Assembly (NCBI GenBank): GCA_001179505.1 | Contig: CDMY01000819.1 | Coordinates: 1 to 17,643 of the forward strand | DNA from: Vitrella brassicaformis CCMP3155 | Taxonomy: Eukaryota; Protista; Chromerida | Reading direction: 5' to 3' | Length of the DNA stretch: 17,643 bases | Part shown: positions 10,222 to 17,643 of the stretch, one piece after another | Numbering within the stretch: position 1 is the stretch's first letter | Layout: the number at the start of each line of letters is the position of its first letter | Notes under the pieces: model-generated | Told to the model about the DNA's origin: nothing | What the model saw: only the letters and a program-made list of their open reading frames with translations | Databases searched by the model: none | Made by a program: the position numbers and the translations under genes

Positions 10222-10670
10222 TATGAGTTGCCCTCCTCCGTCGGGGGGTCGGGACTCGCTCCGCGTTCCGGCGGCCGCGTCGCGAAATGCATGCAAAGCC
10301 CCCAAGCTCGTATGGAAGCCCCCATCAAGAAAGACGGTACCGAATGAAAAAGTCTCGATGGCCCTCTCTGTTGCCTCTTGGTGGTCTCGCGGCGGGGGTC
10401 AGCTCTGCCGGCTCCTCTGCGGGCGTAATACTATCGTGTCGACCGAAACTGACATAGCGAAAGGGAAGAAGCACAGCTGATTTGTGTTTTGTCGTGCTAT
10501 TCACCGTCGCAAATGGATGTACCACTTTCACATGCAGCGCTTATTTTTCACACAACGTTCACATCACAGGTCCACATTCGTAATAGCCCACAGGTCTTCA
10601 GGCATCAACTTTGTGAAAAAACCACTTGCTGCTCTGTGCCCACAAAATGCGCGTGGACCCTCACTCCCTC

Positions 10671-13303
10671 TCATTTGGCTGCTGTCTTGAGTGCCGTGCA
10701 AATCTCTTCGTAGTGGGGGATGGTCGCAATGTCCCCGTAACACACCACGGTAGGGCGCTTCTGCAGCATCTCGGTCGCAACTCTGTGCGTAAAAGATCAA
10801 ATGCACGTCACGGGTGGATGTTGATTGGAGTTGACGTGACAGTGTGTCCGTGGATGTACCTGGCGATGTCCTTTTCGGTGACGGCATCGATGGCCGCACA
10901 GAAGGCATGGCCGTCCACCACCTTGCCGCTCATCAGCAGCTGGCGAGCCACATCCTCCATCACGATGGCACGATTCTCTGAATAAACGCATCATGTGCAG
11001 AGTGCGGCAGAAACGTTTAGTGCGAGGCTTGTGTCCCGCCCACCGAGGTTCATCCAGATGGATGCTTTGAGGCAGTTCTTGGCCCGCTTGAGCTCCTCAG
11101 CAGTGACGGTCTTCATCTTGACCAGCTGGTCGCACATGACAGCTATCGCCTCGGTGCCCTGCCCGCACAGATGGATACGTCTGTGTGCAGAGACAAGGGC
11201 ATTTATGTGTTTGTCACCTGCAGGGGTGCGTGAACGAAGTAAAGTCCAAAGAGCCCCGAGTCAGAGTACATGGTGTTGAACGCCACGCACGACTCAAGCC
11301 AATTGTGCCTGTTCAGGACTGAACCCCGCAGACATGCATGAAATCCAAATGTGTATATACGAATGTATCAGTGTTGGCACCCACCGTCGGTGTAGAGTCG
11401 TGTGTGGATCCCTTTGCCGGGTCCGCCGGTGGAGAATGAGCCGCCCCCGCCCAGCAGCGTCTGCAGCACCGTCGCAGCCTCCAAATCCCTGGAGTTCCAA
11501 CCACCCTGGCAGATACACACATAGGTACATAGGTGCACACACGTTTCGGCCACACGCATGTATGGGTGTGGATCCATGCATAGTTTCTGGATACATCCAA
11601 TCGATCTGACCACTTCAAATCCGATGGCCGTGTGGCAGACAGGTAGGTTGGCCTCAATGCGCTGGTCGCCGCCTGGTGTACACCACAGGACATCCGACGC
11701 ACGTCGTTACATTCGCAATGCCTGCTTACCAGTGTAGATTGGCTTGATCTCTGGGCGGTCCTGGTGTGGGATGGCTGCTCACAAATGTGCACACAGGGTT
11801 ATGAGTGTTGACTGTTCGGGCGGGTATCTGTGCTTGTGTACGATTGTAGTCGACGAAGGATCTCATGAGCCACTTGCAGAGCTCCTCGTGCTTGACATTC
11901 ACACCCATGAACACCATACGATCTGCATAAGGCCGCAATTGTATCTTGCTCACGCCGTTTCCGTTTCCCCCCTTGTCTGCGTCTGTTGATGTTCGTTGTT
12001 TACTGGGTGAGAAGTGCTGCATCATGAAGTCTCGGACGGTGTGCTCGTTGAAGTAACTCAAAGACCGCTCTGTGGCATACAACTTGTTGCCTGCACGCAT
12101 CAACAGGGGCACGGATGGCCAGACAGACCCTGGAAGTCTCCCTGTCCACCACACGCGTACCCAGTGTGTTGTTATGGTACGCAGTTATGTGGAGCATCTC
12201 GGTGAGGAAAGCATCCGGCTTCTTCTCCTGCAGCAACAACACATACCACAGTTCCGCCTCGTTGCTGCTCGCTCGCTTTAGGTCTGTCCGTCGCTGTTTA
12301 CCAATTGGCGCCTTTGCTTGTCGACGAATCTGTGTCTGTCCTTGACCTCCCAGTTGAGTAGCCGTGGAAAGAGCACGTTGCCGATCAACATGGGCACCAG
12401 CAGCGGCATGTAATGACGCAGACACTCTGCCTGGTATACCACATGCTCTCTAGCATTTCAGAGACGCAGGGGATACAGAAAGATGGATGTTTGCAGGCGT
12501 GACAACACTGCTGAGCCATGGCAGACCTTCCGGCTTGGCACGTGGCGTTCGCGCCGAGTGCCTCTATGGTTTTGATGGTGCGAAGGTAGGACAGGTGTGC
12601 AGTGGAGTGGTAGGCCATCAGCTCTATCATGTGCGACACCCCATAGTTGGTCACGTCCTCGTAACGGGAACCAGCATGCACAAATAGACCTGACACACAT
12701 AAGCAGCCGAAAGGACGGGGATAATGTGTCAGCCCCCCACCCCTCCCCGCATGTGCGCACTACTACATCCACCGACCGAGTGAGCATGTGAGTCCGTCCC
12801 TGTCGATGGAGACGATCTTGAGGCCATTCTCTAGAGTTGAGTACTCCAGCTCGGGCTTCTTCAACTCACTCAAATCGGGCGCATGATACTCGCCCTGAAC
12901 ATTCAACATACACACATATCACTGACAGCCGTCTGCCATGAACAGTGACGAGCAGACCTGCCTTCCTGCCTGCCCTCCCTTCCATCCCCCTCCCCTGCGT
13001 ACGTACGTTCTTGAGTATGCTTTTGTCCAGCGGTGTGTTTGCGTAGATGTTCTGGACGGGATCTTCGTCTCCGATGAAGTAGTACTTGAAGTCGGGCACC
13101 TCCTCCATCACCAGCTCCATGTCCTCCTTGACAAACGGCACTGTCTTGAACGTCGGCTTGCTCGCCTTGGCCACCGCAGATACAGCAGACGCAGACGCTG
13201 CCGCGGCGGACGCCTGCTGGCGCACGCTCAGCCGGTGCCCGGCGGGGGACAGCAGCGACGGCACAGGCAGACGCCTCAGGCAGCGCAGCGTGCCGCTCCT
13301 CAT
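10671..13303 (-). CDS. PMPCA: Mitochondrial processing peptidase alpha subunit (M16B), 544 aa, 14 exons
   Basis: Exons (minus strand): 13303-13007, 12894-12777, 12689-12527, 12449-12302, 12227-12161, 12090-12004, 11922-11842, 11774-11730, 11672-11611, 11505-11385, 11318-11218, 11158-11044, 10977-10860, 10782-10671 (TGA); total 1635 nt. Motifs: Arg/Ser/Ala-rich presequence ([13 protein letters not shown]..), [35 protein letters not shown] (degenerate HxxEH, typical of alpha subunits), glycine-rich loop [60 protein letters not shown]. An in-frame upstream ATG exists at 13336. Confidence 0.96.
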
Positions 13304-13334
13304 CTTCCTTGACTCAGGTCTCTTAGGGTCTTGC

Positions 13335-13600
13335 ATGAAACGGCCTCTGCAAGCGATCGGCGGCCTGGCTGTTCCCTACGGCTACAGCCCACCCAACAAC
13401 CCCTCCAGCTGCCCAGGGTGCGGTTCCGCCTTCACCCTCACCCATGCCCCGGACTGCGCGAAGGGCGGGCTGGTGATACAGCGACACAACGAGCTGCGGG
13501 ACGTGATTGGCGACGTCGGCAGGACGGACCTGGGTGATCCGTGGATGGGGTGTGGGGAGGGAAGCGCTTCTTCACCCGATTGACTGTGCAGCTGTTGACG
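13335..13600 (+). mobile_element. Degenerate fragment of a CRE-like (restriction-like endonuclease) non-LTR retrotransposon: C-terminal zinc knuckle plus start of the endonuclease domain
   Basis: The frame starting at 13335 reads GLAVPYGYSPPNNPSSCPGCGSAFTLTHAPDCAKGGLVIQRHNELRDVIGD, i.e. Cx2C-x7-H-x3-C followed by KGG..RHNExRD. This is the hallmark of CRE/RLE element C-termini (recalled consensus LALRYG..P.NLPS.CDGCGA.F...HALDCKKGGLV..RHNEVRD). It is followed by frameshifted DL..RG(V)W-like remnants at 13525-13590. No reverse transcriptase domain is present. Confidence 0.8.
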
Positions 13601-14315
13601 AGGCAGGGGTTGTCAGATAGGGGGCGAGGGCGGGCGCATGGGTGGCTGCGCGCTCGTTTGTCTGTTGCATTGGTGCGGCCCGGGGCTGCTAGCCTGTGTT
13701 TGAGGGGCGGGAGGCAGTCATGGCGTGGTGTTGGGGCGATGGACGGGGCTGGGGTGTTCTCATCGGATGAGTGAGAGTGACCTTTGTGCATAGGCATATG
13801 TGGATAGATTCATCAGGACGATGTGTGGACAAGCGAGTGCCTGGATGCGATCTGTCAATTATCTTCCTGCCCATTACCATCCCCTCCTCCCTTCCAGCCG
13901 GCAGAGTGCGTATCTTGAAGCAAGCCCTGCACACGAAGGCAGCCGAGTTCTGGCGCTAACCTACAATGCAGGAGCCGTCCAGGGGATGATGACCGCCCTC
14001 CTCTTCCCTGCCCTCGTACGCATGGCAACACACTCACCAGCCTGCATCCCAGCCAACAGGGCCTCCCTCTGGGCTGCTTCTGCCGCGAGGAGTGAACGCC
14101 AATGGCCCACTCCCTATACTCAATAGCCATACTGAGTAGCCCTATCCACGTCATCACGCTGGGCTGACAAGACTGGGAACTGCTTGATGAAAGAGTGGTC
14201 ACCGTAATTGACGACAGACCGACCGTAGACGCGATGACAATGTCTCGCAGTGGCACAAGTGCTGGGAGACGAAAGGTAGCTGGGAGTCTGAGTGAGGGGG
14301 ACAGGGGGAGGGCTT

Positions 14316-14340
14316 GAGAGAGAGAGAGAGAGAGAGAGAG
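14316..14340 (+). repeat. (GA)n microsatellite
   Basis: Uninterrupted GA run of about 12 units. Confidence 0.95.
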
Positions 14341-14449
14341 CCGAGCCACACACGGCAAACCGAGGGATCGTTGTTATGCATCTATGCGTCGGCACTCATA
14401 TGTAGTTGCCAACTTCTTTGCGTGTCGCGGCTCGAGTGGATTGTTTACT

Positions 14450-14480
14450 GCCTGTCTGTCTGTCTGTCTGCCTGTGTGCC
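14450..14480 (+). repeat. (CTGT)n / (CTGC) tetranucleotide microsatellite
   Basis: cctgtctgtctgtctgtctgcctgtgtgcc. Confidence 0.85.
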
Positions 14481-14783
14481 TGGCCGGCCAGACAGACCGG
14501 AGCTGCCTGGCCTGGCTGCCTTTCATCACTTTCTTTGATTTGCTTTGCTCTTCTAGTCTCCTCGCCTCTCTGCACACCTACTACCTCCCTGTCTGCCTGC
14601 CTAGCTACTGACTTATTTACCTTACCTACATGCCTGGGTAGGCGCCTGCATGCACACCATACCGTCATTTATCTGAGCGCTGGGACGGGACGTTTCTGCT
14701 TGCTTGCGTCCATTCCATTCCATGGGTGTGTGCCTACCATGCATCAATCGTGCCATGACTGCTTAACGACCGGTGGGGGGATG

Positions 14784-14868
14784 GGAGAGAGAGAGAGAGA
14801 GCATGTGGGTGGATTCATGGCAGTGACACTCACGTATCGGTGGCTCGGTCGGTCGGTCGGTCGGTCGG
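14784..14868 (+). repeat. (GA)n run and (GGTC)n tetranucleotide repeat
   Basis: gagagagagagagagag near 14785-14801, and tcggtcggtcggtcggtcggtcgg near 14845-14868. Confidence 0.85.
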
Positions 14869-15108
14869 GCCCCCCGTCGACCCGTCGGTTTGTTCTCGCT
14901 CGCTACATACACACATGCCCAAATCCGTCCATCCATCTCGTTTTGCGTTGCCTGGCATGAATGTAAGCTTATTACTCTGTCATCATCTATATCAAAAGTC
15001 AGTCGATCAGTAAGGACTTTCTCATCTCACAGCGGATGGATTGGATGACTGTGGGCCACATGACGACCGGCCGGCCAGCCAGGCTCTCATCGATGCCTAA
15101 CAGATAAC

Positions 15109-15136
15109 GCACAGACAGACTGACAGACAGACTGAC
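15109..15136 (+). repeat. (CAGA)n/(CTGA) imperfect microsatellite
   Basis: gcacagacagacagactgacagacagactgac. Confidence 0.8.
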
Positions 15137-15576
15137 GGATCCCCCTCCTCTCTGCCCCCCTCTCCTTCCTCTCTCCCTTTGTCTTTCCTATCGTGAGAGT
15201 GTTTCAGTGTCGCCCTTTCTCTAACCAGCCAACCGATGGATGACGGATGAATGTGGCTGCATTTTTCGCTGAAGCGGTCAGTCTGACTCAGTCAGGCGCA
15301 AGACGGAGAGAGGCGGGAAGGGGGAGCGCGGGGGAGGGAGGGACAATCGGCGGGTCGCTCGCTATATGGCATGTCCGTGTGTCCGTCCGTATCTCTCTCT
15401 GCTGGATCATCGTTTGTTATGCCTGTGCGTGTGGTGCTGTGCCTTGTGTGTTGCCTTATGTGTCTATGTAGTCAAACAAGGCGGCGGGTGGTGACTCTGG
15501 TGGTGTGGTGTGGTGAAGGTGGTGGCGTGCATGTCTGTCTTGTCTGCGGTGGACCCATACCCCGATTGATTGGTTG

Positions 15577-15584
15577 TATAAATA
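15577..15584 (+). promoter_or_regulatory. TATA-box-like TATAAATA
   Basis: Exact TATAWAWR match in an AT-rich patch about 200 nt upstream of the methyltransferase-like ATG (15786). Function not demonstrable from sequence. Confidence 0.25.
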
Positions 15585-15785
15585 CCCCTTGATTGAGTAA
15601 TACACGTCATTCAATAATAGGCTCTCGTGCGAAGAAACTGGCCGCATTGGATCATGGCCGCATTAAGATCATGGCCGAGAACATAACATCCCTTCTGCCC
15701 CCACCCCAACCACTGGCAGTCGCTTGTGCCGTCCCGCCCTGTCGGCCAGCTGGCCACAACGGTTCCTCCCTCGCCTGAGCTGAAG

Positions 15786-16698
15786 ATGCTGCCACTCCTG
15801 GCATTCGTTTTCCCTCCCCTCTTCTCACTGGCAGCCATCCGCAACGCCATGGAGAGGGAGCCAGGCCGCATTCGCATTCGCATTCGCCCGCTCTCTCATT
15901 CCAGCGCCACTACACCGCCACCCGGCTCAACTATGGGATCAACGACACGAGCCCTGAGCGGTCAGCGGAGCTCCACGCTTTCTGGCAAACCTACTACCAG
16001 CCGTCCATCCACTGCAGCAACGAGAGGCGGCTTGGCGGGGATTTCTTCAACAGTATGGATGGAGGCAAATGGGTGTGTGAGCCGTCTACTTTGGCAGATC
16101 AGGGGGAGAGGTGCCTCGTGTACTCGTTCGGGAGCAACAACGACTGGACCTTTGAGAGGGACGTCCTGAACACTGCCCCGGGGTGCGAGATACATGTCCG
16201 TAAGAGAGAATCTGCAAAGATGATATGGCGTGTCCACGCCACGGCCATCAGTCAGTCTCTTTTGTCCTGTGGTGTGCAGACGTTCGACCCCTTTATCTCG
16301 GCCCCATCCGCCCCGGCAGGTGTCCATTTCCACCGATATGGCCTCGGCCACTTCTCCCTCCCCGCCCCATCCAACGACCCAAACCTCACCCTCACCCCCA
16401 CGTCGCCGCAACTGGTCGGACTGCCAGCCATCGTTCGCGCCCTCGGCCACGAGGAGCGGCTCAAAGTGGACATAGAGGGTGGCGAGTTCGAGGGATTGGG
16501 AGGGGGCAGGTGGCCGGCGGTGAGAGAGGTGGAGGTAGAAGTGCATTTGATGGGCCCTGGGGGGAGAGAGACGCTGACCTGCTGGTAGGGGGGATCGAGA
16601 GGCGGGGGTATCGGTTGTTCCACAAGGAGGAGAATGCGTTCGGGACCTGCTGCTGCGAACTGGCCTTTCGCATGGATGGCACCTCGCACAGGGGGTGA
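15786..16698 (+). pseudogene. METTL24/Methyltransf_22 (FkbM-like) SAM-dependent methyltransferase, apparently frameshifted
   Basis: A signal-peptide-like MLPLLAFVFPPLFSLAA starts at 15786. A different frame from about 15902 gives FWQTYYQPSIHCSNERRLGG..DGGKWVCEP..CLVYSFGSNNDWTFE..PGCEIH, then an intron (16196-16279, GT-AG), then TFDP..HFHRYGL..LGHEERLKVDIEGGEF..VREVEVEVH, with a stop at 16588. The C-terminal motif GIERRGYRLFHKEEN..CCCELAF lies in another frame that ends at 16698. Confidence 0.75.
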
Positions 16699-16701
16699 AA
16701 G

Positions 16702-16750
16702 AGTGTGTGGGTGTGGGTGTGGGTGTGCGTGCGCATGTCTGTGTGCGTGC
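16702..16750 (+). repeat. (GTGTGG)n/(GT)n low-complexity tract
   Basis: gtgtgtgggtgtgggtgtgggtgtgcgtgcgcatgtctgtgtgcgtgc, directly after the methyltransferase-like stop. Confidence 0.8.
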
Positions 16751-17062
16751 ATTTTCGCACCGACAGCCGACATTGTAGTCGTTAGGTAACAAGAAGAGGT
16801 AAGGGATATGGATTGAACCGACCAATCAGTCTGCTGCGTGTCCGTGTCCGCGTCCATCCCTTCCATGTGTGTCGCCACGACAGAACAGACAGGGACCCTG
16901 TCTTGCCTGTCTGTCTGCCTGCTTGGGCGGGCGGGCGCTATGTACTCTTGAGTCTTGACTTAACGAATGAATCACACCAACAGCCAGGACGCGTCTAGGT
17001 AGGTTTGTACACAACAGAGTACGCCGCCCTCACGTCTACTCACGGACAGCACGTAGGCTCTC

Positions 17063-17121
17063 GCACACACACGCACACACACACACACAGAGAGAGGGGG
17101 GGGAGAGAGAGAGGGAGAGAG
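17063..17121 (+). repeat. Compound (CA)n-(GA)n-(G)n microsatellite
   Basis: gcacacacacgcacacacacacacacagagagagggggggagagagagagggagagag. Confidence 0.9.
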
Positions 17122-17643
17122 GGCCGGCAATGTCCCTCTCATCGTGCGCCAGCCATTAACTGAGTTGACATTCCAATCAAATGTCAGATAGCATCACTGC
17201 CACTCGTTATCATTCCCAGCAGATAGACGTGTCTCTCTGGAGTCACATCAGCCCGCCGCGGCATTGTGAGTGAGCTGGGTCGACCAGTCGCGTGTGAGAG
17301 GTGATGTCCCCTTGCTGTTGGGAGCATCACTACTCACACACCACTGGGTGACGGGGGTCACTCACACGGGCGGCAAACAAACAGGTCGATCACCGTAAAT
17401 TGCAGCCCCCCTCCCTCTCCTCGTCTTTCTTCTCGGCAAGAATGGTTGGTTAGATAGGCACAAACAAAAATATGTAACACACACTTACTTACTTGCCCCC
17501 ACGTACGTTAACGTACGTCCCCCATGTTGGGTTTTGATAGCAGGGTTTGTGCTTGCTTAGCTTGCAGACCTGTCTCTCTATTTCGTGCTTTTCCGGTGAC
17601 CGTTGGCAGCTCTCGTGCGTGTCTTGCTTGGCGGGCTGGCCAT

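Noticed and set aside
9810-10226. 138-aa His/Pro-rich + strand ORF
   Set aside because: No domain similarity, no supporting splice pattern, and its end is simply the translation of the 20-bp repeat array.
13086-13583. 165-aa + strand ORF as an intact gene
   Set aside because: The first half is antisense to alpha-MPP exon 1; only the second half has a recognisable (retroelement) motif, and it is degenerate.
8427-14654. Additional TGCATGCA motifs (8427-8434 intronic, 14647-14654 intergenic)
   Set aside because: TGCA/GCAT words are abundant in this genome's introns, so isolated hits carry little information.
14314-15592. Numerous 60-184 aa ORFs in the 14.3-15.6 kb region
   Set aside because: They translate microsatellite mosaics (CLSVCLSA, REREREP, SVGRSVGR); typical low-complexity intergenic DNA.
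1010-16698. The four genes as a single functional cluster or novel system
   Set aside because: A chromatin remodeller, a glycosyltransferase, a mitochondrial peptidase and a methyltransferase pseudogene have no shared pathway logic that I can support; the adjacency looks incidental.
15962-16878. 287-aa and 208-aa minus-strand ORFs
   Set aside because: Antisense to the methyltransferase-like sequence and to GT-rich simple repeats; no domain signal.

Overview
Eukaryotic, intron-rich nuclear DNA, GC-rich in most exons and with microsatellite-rich spacers. It is not prokaryotic: I found no CRISPR array, rRNA or tRNA. The apicomplexan-like alpha-MPP sequence, short GT-AG introns (about 46-121 nt) and simple-repeat spacers suggest a myzozoan alveolate, most likely a chromerid such as Vitrella (inference). 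Reading splice sites by hand, with phase-consistent exon lengths, gives four genes. (1) A SWI3/SMARCC chromatin-remodelling subunit (- strand, about 6513-1010, 17-18 exons, about 1,400 aa) with the animal-type N-terminal MarR/BRCT/chromo module plus SWIRM, ZZ finger, SANT, SWIRM-associated helices and an acidic tail. (2) A lower-GC exostosin/GT47-family glycosyltransferase (- strand, about 9444-7232). (3) Mitochondrial processing peptidase alpha (- strand, 13303-10671, 14 exons, 544 aa). (4) A frameshifted METTL24/Methyltransf_22-like methyltransferase, probably a pseudogene (+ strand, 15786-16698). A decayed CRE-like (restriction-like endonuclease) non-LTR retrotransposon fragment begins about 30 nt upstream of the alpha-MPP start codon. 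Most ORFs in the supplied track are exon fragments or antisense shadow ORFs. I see no convincing novel multi-gene system. The best leads are the retroelement relic at the alpha-MPP 5' end, the SMARCC domain architecture, a ~20-bp-phased AAAAC array at 10125-10221, and several intron oddities. Comparisons with known proteins are from recall, not from database searches.
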